Origin: Escherichia phage SSL-2009a
Strand: one strand, 5' to 3'
Sequence record: NC_012223.2
DNA length: 44,899 nt
Shown here: piece by piece, positions 34,139 through 42,152 of the stretch
Layout of the letters: each line of letters begins with the position of its first letter
Numbering within the stretch: the stretch's first letter is position 1
Position numbers and translations under genes: made by a program
Notes under the pieces: generated by a model
Database searches by the model: none
Seen by the model: the letters and a program-made list of their open reading frames with translations, nothing else
What the model was told of the DNA's origin: nothing

Positions 34139-35561
34139 TGCCTAAGTCCTCGTCAGTGGCCTCCGACCACGCAGGGCGCGGGTCGTCGATTGGTGCTAAC
34201 ACCGGTTTAGCGGGTGCGCGTGTGATTTTAGCACACAGCTTCGCCCACACTTTCGGTTTTTCGTCCTTCAGTACCTTCTCGGCATCTGTCGGGCTGAGCA
34301 ATGTTTCTTTGTACATCACATCGCGCTTGATCCGGGCCTTCGTGAAGATTTCAATCACTTCGCTCTCGTCCGCCCACTTACGGATCCCTTCCTTACCGGC
34401 AACCATCTTGAGGCCCAGCGATTCGCCATCGCCCGCCATGACCGCCTTGAATACCGCGGACTCGATAGCCTTGATGTGCTGGCGCATTGCGTCCAGGCCT
34501 TCATAAGCCTTGCGCAGTTCCGCAGCGCTCATAGCGCCTGGTGTGGATTCCTTCTTGCCTCGTTTAGCACGTCGTGCCGCCTTCCGGGCTTCGCGGGCCA
34601 TATTGCGATCGTGGTTGGCGCATTCTTCCTCGGTCGCCTCGCTCACGTCGTCGCCCAGGTCTTCGTCGGTTGCCGTTGGTGGTGTCATAGTGTCGATTGC
34701 GGCCTTCGCCCGGACGCTGCACTGGTCCGCAAATCTGCACCACTGGCACGCATCGACGCTGGGCCGGAAGTCCGCGCGGGTTAGTCCCTTCTTGCCGCGG
34801 GCGTATGCATCGAGCGCGGCGATAGCACGCTTGGACGCAAACTTCGCGAATATCTCCAGGGCTTCTACCGAAATATCCCATTCCGACGCCCCACCGCAAT
34901 ACGGCTGGAAGATAACCAGGCGCACGGACGTAATGTCGTACATGGTTTGCAGCTTGCGCAGCAGGCCGAGCGCGTACAACATAAGCTGTTTGTTTTCTTT
35001 CGCCTCGACCTTATGCCGCCCGGTCTTCAGGTCGCCAACAATCAGCATGTACGTTCCGTCGGTCTTTTTCATGACCATGACCATATCGGCAGTACCGAAC
35101 GTTTTAATCCTGTCGCCGTCGATCTCGAAGCCTGAGTGAAGGACGCGGGTAAGATCGGCGCGCATCTCAAGCTGGACAAACTCCGCCACTTCAAGGAGCG
35201 GACGCCAGTGGTCGATGTATGCATCGCACTGCTTCACCATGTCGTCGTTGACCAGTACGCCGCCTTTCGGTGCTTTCGGGTGGGCCTTTACTGGCCCCTT
35301 GCCTTCGTTCTCGACGTAGCACCCTTTATACGTCTTAGCGGTTATTTTCTTCTCACCGGCGATAATGCGGTTTAGTACCACCTCAGATACGGTGTGCATA
35401 CTCGTACCGTTAATCGCGGCTTGCCCGGATTCGTTCGGGATATCTTTTTCTACCACCAGGGCGGCGGGACACCCCATCCATTTTTTAGCACCGGATGGGC
35501 CAAGTAATGAGTGTTCCGTATTACTACCTGATTGCGTTTTACGTTTTGGTTTAATCGCCAT
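34131..35561 (-). CDS. Cas4-like / RecB-family PD-(D/E)xK exonuclease
   Basis: 476 aa; N-terminal Cys (WMGCPAA), nuclease core GDLKTGRHKVEAK with QLMLYAL (QxxxY), C-terminal Cys triad CQWCRFADQC consistent with a Cas4-type Fe-S cluster. Confidence 0.65.
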   Translation of the reverse strand: MAIKPKRKTQSGSNTEHSLLGPSGAKKWMGCPAALVVEKDIPNESGQAAINGTSMHTVSEVVLNRIIAGEKKITAKTYKGCYVENEGKGPVKAHPKAPKGGVLVNDDMVKQCDAYIDHWRPLLEVAEFVQLEMRADLTRVLHSGFEIDGDRIKTFGTADMVMVMKKTDGTYMLIVGDLKTGRHKVEAKENKQLMLYALGLLRKLQTMYDITSVRLVIFQPYCGGASEWDISVEALEIFAKFASKRAIAALDAYARGKKGLTRADFRPSVDACQWCRFADQCSVRAKAAIDTMTPPTATDEDLGDDVSEATEEECANHDRNMAREARKAARRAKRGKKESTPGAMSAAELRKAYEGLDAMRQHIKAIESAVFKAVMAGDGESLGLKMVAGKEGIRKWADESEVIEIFTKARIKRDVMYKETLLSPTDAEKVLKDEKPKVWAKLCAKITRAPAKPVLAPIDDPRPAWSEATDEDLGNE

Positions 35562-35749
35562 TATTCCACCCTTGAAAACTGAGCAATGTAATATTCATGT
35601 TTAACACCGGCCCGCTTCGCGGCTTCGTTCATGGTAGCCGCCAAACCTCGGGCTTGAGTCCAGCAGCAATTCCAGTTCTGATTCATAACAATTTCTGGTT
35701 GCTCATCGCCGGTAATACGGCAACGAAATAAAACAAAGAATATAGCCAT
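35561..35749 (-). CDS. hypothetical small protein
   Basis: 62 aa, SD GGGAGA; stop overlaps the start of the Cas4-like gene (TAATG). Confidence 0.35.
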   Translation of the reverse strand: MAIFFVLFRCRITGDEQPEIVMNQNWNCCWTQARGLAATMNEAAKRAGVKHEYYIAQFSRVE

Positions 35750-36001
35750 TTATTTTGTCTCCCAGCGGTCAATTGTTTTTGCTTCGGATGCAACTGCGAA
35801 GCGAACATATTCCAGATTAGAATCCGCCCAAATATAAAAGTCGGGGTTAGTAAATGTGGTGCGCTTAATTTGCGCGGGGGTGTTGCGGCGTTTATCAATT
35901 ACAGCAACGCGCGATTGAAAGCTGCCGATGCGTTCGAATAACCAATAGTACGGGCGCTGGTCGCGGGAATCCACCGCCTCGATTAGCGTGAAGCGTGCCA
36001 T
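35750..36001 (-). CDS. hypothetical protein
   Basis: 83 aa, SD GAGGA 7 nt before ATG 36001. Confidence 0.45.
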   Translation of the reverse strand: MARFTLIEAVDSRDQRPYYWLFERIGSFQSRVAVIDKRRNTPAQIKRTTFTNPDFYIWADSNLEYVRFAVASEAKTIDRWETK

Positions 36002-36012
36002 TGTCTCGTCCT

Positions 36013-36041
36013 CTAAAAAGAGGCCCGCAGATTAGCGGGCC
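36013..36041 (-). terminator. intrinsic terminator on minus strand after the first gene of the leftward operon
   Basis: GGCCCGC-loop-GCGGGCC followed by UCUUUUU on the minus strand; overlaps the leader of the next gene. Confidence 0.45.
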
Positions 36042-36049
36042 GGATAATA

Positions 36050-36592
36050 TTAGTCTTCCAGTTCGAAATAAGTTTCGACGATTTCTTTTAGCTCGGTGTG
36101 GAAGTCTTCGACGTCGTCGTCTTCCAGTTTAGCGATTGATTTGATCTCGAACGATTCCAGCAGGTCGTCGAATTCGTCGTTCGCATCATCATCATCGCCG
36201 CCTGCAATAATAGCGGCATACTGTTTGATTTCGTCGCGCATCTCTGCCAGCGGGTCGGCTTCTTTCTTACCTTTGCCTTTCGCTGGTGCTTTTTTACCCT
36301 TCGCCGGTTTTTCGTCTTCGGCTTCATCATCATCGTCGTCATCCTCTACGACTTCTTTTTTGGCCTTTCCTTTAGACTTGGTTTCTTTTGCCGCGCCTTT
36401 TTTCGCCTTGGGCGTATCTTCGACTTCGTCCTGATCGTCGTCTTCGACTTCAGTCTCCGGCTTTGCCTTGCCTTTCTTAGCGGTGCCGTTTGCTTTTGGG
36501 CCTACGGCAGCGCCCACAGTTTCATAATGTTTAGCGATGGTTTCCAGTGCTACTACGCCGCGAGTGATCAGGTTTACGATTTGCTCAAACAT
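36050..36592 (-). CDS. highly charged acidic/lysine-rich protein (first gene of leftward early operon)
   Basis: 180 aa from ATG 36592 (SD GGAG 7 nt upstream; the six-frame ORF extends to 36820 but the upstream part lacks a start context); alternating poly-D/E and K-rich blocks. Confidence 0.5.
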   Translation of the reverse strand: MFEQIVNLITRGVVALETIAKHYETVGAAVGPKANGTAKKGKAKPETEVEDDDQDEVEDTPKAKKGAAKETKSKGKAKKEVVEDDDDDDEAEDEKPAKGKKAPAKGKGKKEADPLAEMRDEIKQYAAIIAGGDDDDANDEFDDLLESFEIKSIAKLEDDDVEDFHTELKEIVETYFELED

Positions 36593-36795
36593 GGTATATC
36601 TCCGATTGGTTAAGTTTAGGTGTCGGCAGTAAACTTCGTCGGTGGCCTTAACATAGTGCCAGGTTACGCGTTCTCCCTTTCGGGTAGTGGACCTGGTTAT
36701 ATAATCACGGTTGGGAATCCTGACACTTCGATCCGGCCCCTGCGTTGCCCCTCTCCAGTTTGCGTCCTGCATCCTGTCGACGAGGTGAATATTAG

Positions 36796-36805
36796 ATTGG
36801 TTGCA
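36796..36805 (+). promoter_or_regulatory. ATTGGTTGCA motif copy in the divergent control region
   Basis: Exact 10-mer; TTGCAG could serve as a -35 with TAATTT about 16 nt downstream. Confidence 0.35.
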
Positions 36806-36825
36806 GAAGGGAGTCAACAACTAAT

Positions 36826-36862
36826 TTAAAAAAAAAGCGCCGAAGCAAAATGCGACGGCGCT
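36826..36862 (-). terminator. terminator-like hairpin with A9/T9 tract in the divergent control region
   Basis: AGCGCCG-13 nt loop-CGGCGCT preceded on the + strand by AAAAAAAAA (U-run on the minus-strand transcript); no annotated gene upstream on the minus strand. Confidence 0.35.
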
Positions 36863-36932
36863 AACCAATAAGAGACAATGAGACGGGAGTATTATTACAC
36901 GCGTGCGCGCCCGTTTCAATATTCCAAAGGAG

Positions 36933-36961
36933 TTGACACCCTGCGGTTTTAGGTGTAGTTT
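36933..36961 (+). promoter_or_regulatory. candidate sigma70 promoter for the rightward early operon (TTGACA, 17 nt, TAGTTT)
   Basis: Consensus -35 TTGACA at 36933-36938, 17-nt spacer, weak -10 TAGTTT; about 30 nt upstream of ATG 36993. Confidence 0.4.
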
Positions 36962-36962
36962 C

Positions 36963-36979
36963 GTTGGTCATTAACCAAC
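36963..36979. promoter_or_regulatory. inverted repeat GTTGGT-catta-ACCAAC overlapping the leader of the HTH gene
   Basis: Perfect 6-bp arms; the arm sequence matches the core of the ATTGGTTGCA family. Confidence 0.35.
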
Positions 36980-36992
36980 CGGAGACAGAATA

Positions 36993-37322
36993 ATGAATAT
37001 CAACGACGCAATCGAAATGTTAACTAAGACTGTTTGCAGTGAGACTAGCCGGTCGTGGGCTTATACCGATGCCGTTGGGGCGGTGCTATTTGAGGTCGAG
37101 CGCCTGCGCAGTGTAGAAAAAGAATTACGCGCCAGGCTGGAATTGCTCAACGGTACAGCGGCGAGCAAGCTGCAGAAGCACAATGAAGAAATGGAAGAAT
37201 ATAAAAAACAGGTTATCAGTTTGCGCGCCGAGGGCAAATCCTGGGCGATGATTGCCGAGTTGACCGGAATTAATCAGAGCACAGTGCGCTCCTGGGTACG
37301 CAATAATAAAACTTCTAAGTAA
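36993..37322 (+). CDS. helix-turn-helix DNA-binding protein (putative transcriptional regulator)
   Basis: 109 aa, SD GGAGA; C-terminal HTH-like segment SWAMIAELTGINQSTVRSWV. Confidence 0.55.
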   Translation: MNINDAIEMLTKTVCSETSRSWAYTDAVGAVLFEVERLRSVEKELRARLELLNGTAASKLQKHNEEMEEYKKQVISLRAEGKSWAMIAELTGINQSTVRSWVRNNKTSK

Positions 37323-37332
37323 GGTCACGGCA

Positions 37333-39597
37333 ATGAGCTTAATTAAATTCGCTGTAACAAGACCCGCTAAAAAAGGCGAAAAAGCCAGGGCGGAAAACTT
37401 CCAGATGACTACCGAAGAGTTTTTCGAATTTATCAATGATGCGAAAGAAATCTCCTCGGTGCATATCAACAAAACGGAAGATAAAGCCGAGTATGCACGC
37501 CGCAAGCGTAAGGCCGACGGCATCGTGGCGTATACCAGTGACGGATTGCGTCGCAAGACCAGTGCGGTGGACCGCTCGATCCTGTTCTTCGATATTGACC
37601 GTACTGACACCCGCACCCTACGCCGCTGCCGTAAGGCGTTCACCGACGCGGGACTGGAGCACGTCTTCCACACCACAACCGGCGACCGTCACCCACTGAA
37701 AGGTGGAACGCGTTGCGCTCGCTTCCTTGTGTTGACCGACAAGCCTGTACCGGCTGAAGACCTGGGCCGTGTCCAGTATGCGCTATTACACCAACTGGGC
37801 CTGTCAGACGTGGACTTCGACGACTGCACGAAAGACACAAACCGCCTTATGTACCTGCCACACCAGCAGTCTGTTATTAAGTGCCACTATGGCAAGCGCG
37901 CCCGCGTCCGTCGTCTGCTCCGCCAGGCTGACAAGCTGGGAGTTGAGAAAGAGGAAGTCCGCCGCGAACTGACCCAGGGCGACGACGCAGTGGCAGACGG
38001 CATTCTGGACTGGTGCTTCCAGGCAGGATTCGAGGAGTTATCTTCCGGTCGCGGTTATGAAGTGCCGTGCCCGAACGAACATCTGCACAGCGGCGAAGGG
38101 TCAACGGCTATCATGGTCAAGGATGGCGAGATCCGTTTCAAGTGTATGCACACCGGCAACGAGTGTTGCTCGGAACTGAATAGACACCAGCACCTGGCGC
38201 TACGTCTTATAGGTATCCCGGACCACCTGAACGTCGAGCCACACAATATGTCCCGTAAGCAAATCGCCGCCATCCTGCCGGGGTTGGACGACGAGGAGGT
38301 CGAATCCTTATACGAACATATTGTTGATGCGGTTGGTGACGGCGAAGAATACGGCGTGTGCACCGATGCGGATCTGGATAACGAGCCGGTCGCACTATTC
38401 AGTAAGCACGACCCGATTATCGAGGGGTTGATTAACTTTAAATCGACCTGGTATCTCGCCGGTGAGTCGAACATTGGTAAGTCTTTCTATGTGCTGGGGC
38501 AAATGGCGTCAGTATCTGCCGGTATTCCGTTTGGGGGGGCGAAGGTCGTCCAGTGCCACAACTTCTATTTCGATGCGGAAGGTGGCGAAGCCTCAAATCA
38601 GCGTAAAGAAGCATTGCAGATTAAATACGAGCACGACCTGGACAAGCTGCACATTATCGATCTGCAATCACGCGGCTGGGATATCACCAGCAAATCCGGC
38701 TTGCGCGAAGTTATCAGCTTCATCAACCGCACCGCTAACGGCGAACCAGTTGGCCTGGTGGCGTTCGACTCACTCAACCAGACTGTTGCGCTGCGGTCCG
38801 CCGATGCTAAACCGTTTGACGAGAACAACGCCAGCGATATGGGTGAAGTGGTCAAAGCGCTGAAAGCCATTGCGGAAAATACAGGTGGCAGTGCTGGCGT
38901 CATCCACCACCCGGCGAAAGGTGCAAACGGCAGCAGAACCCCACGCGGATCCGGTGCGCTGCATGGTGCTGTCGATTCAGCTTTCTTCCTGGAACAGCCA
39001 GACGACAACCAGCCAGGCCAATTGAACCTGTATCACGAAAAGTCACGTAACGGCATCAAGCAAGCGCCGCGTGGCTTCGTCCTGCTCAAGTGCAAGGTGA
39101 AGGTAGATCTCCGCAAGTCGGAAGCGTTCGCGTCGCACCAGTCCACCAGCACCGGGCCGGACTTCGGCGACGTCGTTGCCGGTTGGGACGTCAAACCAAT
39201 TGCGTCCACGCCACGCGACGAGACTCTATACCTCGTACCGGTCGCCCTGGCACCGTTCGCTATAGAACAGGCGAAGGCCGCAGGGAAAGCCGCAGTTAAG
39301 GAAGAGAACACCGCAGGACCGCGCAACGAAAAAGAGAAAGTGCTTTATGCGGCCCTGGAAAAACTGATGGAAGATAACCCGGACCATACTGGATTCAGTA
39401 AATCGGCAATCGTCCGCCAGGCGGGACTCGCGAAGGGGGGCACTTCGACGAAGGCAATCGACGATATGGTCGAGCGCGGCGTGATTGGTTTCTATACAGA
39501 TCCGCACACCGGGGCCATCTATGGGTCGTCGAATTTAGTTATCAAATCGGATATCCCCATTACGCTTTCGGCGACCGATGACGACCTGAAAGATTAA
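37333..39597 (+). CDS. DNA primase/helicase-type replication protein (P-loop ATPase with zinc-binding region)
   Basis: 754 aa; Cys/His cluster CPNEHLHSGEG...FKCMHTGNECC; Walker A GESNIGKS and Walker B-like LVAFDSLNQ; immediately followed by iteron locus B. Confidence 0.7.
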   Translation: MSLIKFAVTRPAKKGEKARAENFQMTTEEFFEFINDAKEISSVHINKTEDKAEYARRKRKADGIVAYTSDGLRRKTSAVDRSILFFDIDRTDTRTLRRCRKAFTDAGLEHVFHTTTGDRHPLKGGTRCARFLVLTDKPVPAEDLGRVQYALLHQLGLSDVDFDDCTKDTNRLMYLPHQQSVIKCHYGKRARVRRLLRQADKLGVEKEEVRRELTQGDDAVADGILDWCFQAGFEELSSGRGYEVPCPNEHLHSGEGSTAIMVKDGEIRFKCMHTGNECCSELNRHQHLALRLIGIPDHLNVEPHNMSRKQIAAILPGLDDEEVESLYEHIVDAVGDGEEYGVCTDADLDNEPVALFSKHDPIIEGLINFKSTWYLAGESNIGKSFYVLGQMASVSAGIPFGGAKVVQCHNFYFDAEGGEASNQRKEALQIKYEHDLDKLHIIDLQSRGWDITSKSGLREVISFINRTANGEPVGLVAFDSLNQTVALRSADAKPFDENNASDMGEVVKALKAIAENTGGSAGVIHHPAKGANGSRTPRGSGALHGAVDSAFFLEQPDDNQPGQLNLYHEKSRNGIKQAPRGFVLLKCKVKVDLRKSEAFASHQSTSTGPDFGDVVAGWDVKPIASTPRDETLYLVPVALAPFAIEQAKAAGKAAVKEENTAGPRNEKEKVLYAALEKLMEDNPDHTGFSKSAIVRQAGLAKGGTSTKAIDDMVERGVIGFYTDPHTGAIYGSSNLVIKSDIPITLSATDDDLKD

Positions 39598-39607
39598 ATT
39601 TTGCGCG

Positions 39608-39653
39608 CATTGGTTGCCATTTTGTGTGCTTTTAGCTGGTCGCATTGGTTGCC
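39608..39653 (+). promoter_or_regulatory. two direct CATTGGTTGCC motifs downstream of the primase gene
   Basis: Copies at 39608-39618 and 39643-39653 (35-bp spacing), directly upstream of iteron locus B. Confidence 0.4.
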
Positions 39654-39699
39654 GTGTAGTGTAAATATAGTGCATAGTTATGCAATAAAACTGCATAAA

Positions 39700-39860
39700 G
39701 TAAGCGGGACAAAAAGCGGGACAAACCAGGGGCGGGACAAAGCGGGACAGCACCCCTGTCCCACCCCGGATGACGCGGCCTGGCGGGGAGCGGGACAGGC
39801 GGGACAACTCCCAGTCTTTCAGACTAGACGGGGGTCAGCGGCCCCCCTCGTCTGAGACTG
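39700..39860. repeat. iteron/palindrome-rich element B (second copy of the 150-bp GCGGGACA element; putative origin-associated)
   Basis: Six direct GCGGGACA units, one GGGACAG-cacccc-CTGTCCC palindrome, and the same terminal hairpin as locus A; near-identical to 11978-12137. Confidence 0.7.
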
Positions 39861-40014
39861 CATAAAATCCGGGATTGCAAAATACACGGCAGCATGTTGC
39901 GGATTGCGGTCGTCGCTGAACTAGGCAACCAATGCGAGTTGCAGAACGGTGGGTGGGAAATGCAGTTTGCAGTCACAGCAGATAGCGATCAACTTTTTCA
40001 TGCGCATGATTAAT

Positions 40015-40055
40015 ATTGGTTGCATTCGTGCCAGCACCCTGCTAGATTGGTTGCA
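40015..40055 (+). promoter_or_regulatory. candidate promoter/operator (ATTGGTTGCAT as -35, TAGATT -10, second ATTGGTTGCA over -10/+1)
   Basis: TTGCAT 40020-40025, 17 nt, TAGATT 40043-40048; second motif copy 40046-40055; SD GAGGA 40065-40069; ATG 40077. Confidence 0.5.
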
Positions 40056-40076
40056 CACCAACATGAGGACTGAACA

Positions 40077-40367
40077 ATGAAAAAATTAATCTGGAATTAC
40101 GCAATGGCCCTGGCGAAGCTGGTTGAAGTTAAACACACACACGGCAGCGCACCCGAGGCGCGCCAGGTAGCTCCGACCTGGTATGCGATCATGAACGCGA
40201 CCGCGGACCTGAAAGACCCAGAACCGCTGCGCATGGCTATCCGGGTCTACGCGATGGCATTTGCCCGTGAGCGCATGGCGTATCGCTTCGGGGTCGGTGA
40301 GACGGCAGCGGCAAACGTCGCCCGGATTGCAGCCCAACGTGAGCTATTCGCCCAGCTTGCAAAATAA
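40077..40367 (+). CDS. hypothetical early protein
   Basis: 96 aa, SD GAGGA 7 nt upstream; first gene after the origin-like region. Confidence 0.5.
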   Translation: MKKLIWNYAMALAKLVEVKHTHGSAPEARQVAPTWYAIMNATADLKDPEPLRMAIRVYAMAFARERMAYRFGVGETAAANVARIAAQRELFAQLAK

Positions 40368-40376
40368 GGGGCCAAA

Positions 40377-40646
40377 ATGGACCGCAGACGCGCGAAACAG
40401 CTTTCGTGGCATATTCCACTGCATTGCGTACGAATGTGGGCTAAGAATGCGTCTGAGGGCGATTCTGTGTTCTGGAGCTATCGCGACGACGTTAAGCCGT
40501 TGACGCAGACTCGCTACTTGCACCAGTTCGCCGCGCAACATGATTTCTATGTGCGGACCTCCTTGCAACCAATGGGGATCCGTATTACATTACGCCGGAA
40601 GCCCGCAGTCGAGCGGGTAGGCAAACACTGGAGACTGAGCAAATGA
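40377..40646 (+). CDS. hypothetical early protein
   Basis: 89 aa, SD AAGGGG; basic (Arg/His-rich). Confidence 0.45.
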   Translation: MDRRRAKQLSWHIPLHCVRMWAKNASEGDSVFWSYRDDVKPLTQTRYLHQFAAQHDFYVRTSLQPMGIRITLRRKPAVERVGKHWRLSK

Positions 40647-40786
40647 CACCAGCACTAATGGCGGGATTCTCGCAGAAGTTTATTTCTGTTGATGCCTGCA
40701 TAGCAGATTATGAGATGGACGGCATCGCTACTGTGTGCGATGGCGACACGAAAACTGCCGACGAGATTGAGGAGACAGAACAATGA
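40643..40786 (+). CDS. hypothetical small acidic protein (47 aa)
   Basis: ATGA overlaps with both neighbours, SD GGAGA 8 nt upstream; found by manual translation (below ORF-track cut-off). Confidence 0.4.
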   Translation: MTPALMAGFSQKFISVDACIADYEMDGIATVCDGDTKTADEIEETEQ

Positions 40787-41400
40787 AATTACTATTCCGC
40801 CGCAAGCATGATGGTCGCATCCTGAAGCCGATCCAGACCCTGGATTCCTACGTCCGCTTACAAAACGCGGCAGGCAATCGGGTGTGGCGGGCGCCGAAAC
40901 ACACGCTGCCGCAGTTCTTCGACGTACTCACTCACGATATCGAGCGCGGCGATGTGCTGCGTGATATTCGCGACGGCAGTATGTGGGTCGTCGAGTATGT
41001 CGGGCTTCATGGCCTGCGTATGCAAAACCGCAAGGATGGCGTCGCCGGTATGACTTACTTCGGCCTCGTAAATTACGAGCGAGTGGGTCGCAAATACAGC
41101 CTTCGTGACCGCCAGCCGCACGAGCGCGCGAACGTCATAGCGGATGCCGTTAACCGCGTAACGCATGATGTGGCGCAAAAGACGCGTGTGGAGTTCCGCA
41201 AGTCACAGCCAGCCTATGCAACCTATGACGCGAGCAAAGTGATGGATCCGATACGCCAGGCGACGCATGCGATTATTAATCGCTTTGATGCCGTGACGAA
41301 TGCACAGCGCCATGCGCAGGAATACGGTTTTGGATTCATCCGGGTGGAACGAGACGGCAGCATGAAAGCCATCGACCCGCGCTCGGTGATTCTGAAATGA
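40783..41400 (+). CDS. hypothetical protein
   Basis: 205 aa, SD GAGGAGA; no motif recognised. Confidence 0.5.
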   Translation: MKLLFRRKHDGRILKPIQTLDSYVRLQNAAGNRVWRAPKHTLPQFFDVLTHDIERGDVLRDIRDGSMWVVEYVGLHGLRMQNRKDGVAGMTYFGLVNYERVGRKYSLRDRQPHERANVIADAVNRVTHDVAQKTRVEFRKSQPAYATYDASKVMDPIRQATHAIINRFDAVTNAQRHAQEYGFGFIRVERDGSMKAIDPRSVILK

Positions 41401-41537
41401 GTGCGACGACCCGTGATATGCTTCAGCACAACCGCTTTGAGATAGGCGGTCGGGTGTTTCGCAATTACTTCGTGGCGCGTGCATGGGCGCGCCATATTGG
41501 CAAACCGGAAGGGGCAATTCGATGTTACACGATGTGA
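41397..41537 (+). CDS. hypothetical small protein (46 aa, speculative)
   Basis: ATGA overlap with upstream gene; overlaps the start of the next gene. Confidence 0.3.
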   Translation: MSATTRDMLQHNRFEIGGRVFRNYFVARAWARHIGKPEGAIRCYTM

Positions 41538-41809
41538 TTTATTGGTTTGGTTTGATCGGGGGGCTGTGCCTGCTTACTGCGGTGCTGTTGGGCGTCCTGT
41601 TATTCGTAGCATGGCCCGCCGTGGAAGCCGCCAGCATTACCCGCATGACGTTCGAAATATACAAGCGCCGTGGAATCACGGAGCACCCAACCAGGTTGCG
41701 CATGTGGTGGCTGTGGTATCGGGATATGATAGGCGGGCGAACATTCGAAGCCGTCCGATCATCCGGGTGGGAGTGGAAAGGCGTCGGCAAGTGGTCCGTT
41801 TTCGATTAA
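41522..41809 (+). CDS. membrane protein (lysis-cassette-associated, function unknown)
   Basis: 95 aa from ATG 41522 (SD AAGGGG); one N-terminal TM helix and Trp-rich C-terminal part. Confidence 0.45.
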   Translation: MLHDVIYWFGLIGGLCLLTAVLLGVLLFVAWPAVEAASITRMTFEIYKRRGITEHPTRLRMWWLWYRDMIGGRTFEAVRSSGWEWKGVGKWSVFD

Positions 41810-41826
41810 TTATGCAAGCGTGATAT

Positions 41827-41862
41827 AGTCCCAGTGAGCTAAAACTTACTGGGACTTTTTTA
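41827..41862 (+). terminator. strong intrinsic terminator abutting the holin start codon
   Basis: Perfect 9-bp stem AGTCCCAGT/ACTGGGACT with 11-nt loop, then TTTTTTA running directly into ATG 41862. Confidence 0.55.
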
Positions 41863-42152
41863 TGGATAAGCTAAACGAGTGGCTATTCGCCCTGGCATGT
41901 CTGGCGGGTGGCTTCGTAGGCGCACGCATTCATGGTGAGGCTACGAAGGGGCCGCTAAACTTCGTTTTGTATGTGGTAGTCGGCTTCCTGTGTGCCATAT
42001 TTGGCGCACCGGCTATTGCCGAGTGGGCTGGTTTGTCGGGTGAGCGCACTGTCGCCGGTTTGGGCTTCGTAACCGCAATCTTCTGGATGCCAATCGCCGA
42101 CCGGATCAGGGAGACTATTGCGTCGTTCCGACTTCCGGGGGGTGCAAAATGA
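41862..42152 (+). CDS. holin-like membrane protein
   Basis: 96 aa with about three hydrophobic helices; immediately upstream of a second membrane protein and the endolysin. Confidence 0.5.
   Translation: MDKLNEWLFALACLAGGFVGARIHGEATKGPLNFVLYVVVGFLCAIFGAPAIAEWAGLSGERTVAGLGFVTAIFWMPIADRIRETIASFRLPGGAK

Noticed and set aside
36690-36780. Possible tRNA gene suggested by a TTCGATCC-like T-loop sequence
   Set aside because: I could not fold a cloverleaf with a 7-bp acceptor stem and D and anticodon arms around it on either strand; no tRNA is called.
36620-36829. Plus-strand ORF (69 aa) in the divergent control region, and the upstream extension of ORF 36050-36820
   Set aside because: No ribosome-binding site; the region contains promoter, palindrome and terminator elements. 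The real start of the minus-strand gene is ATG 36592 with SD GGAG.
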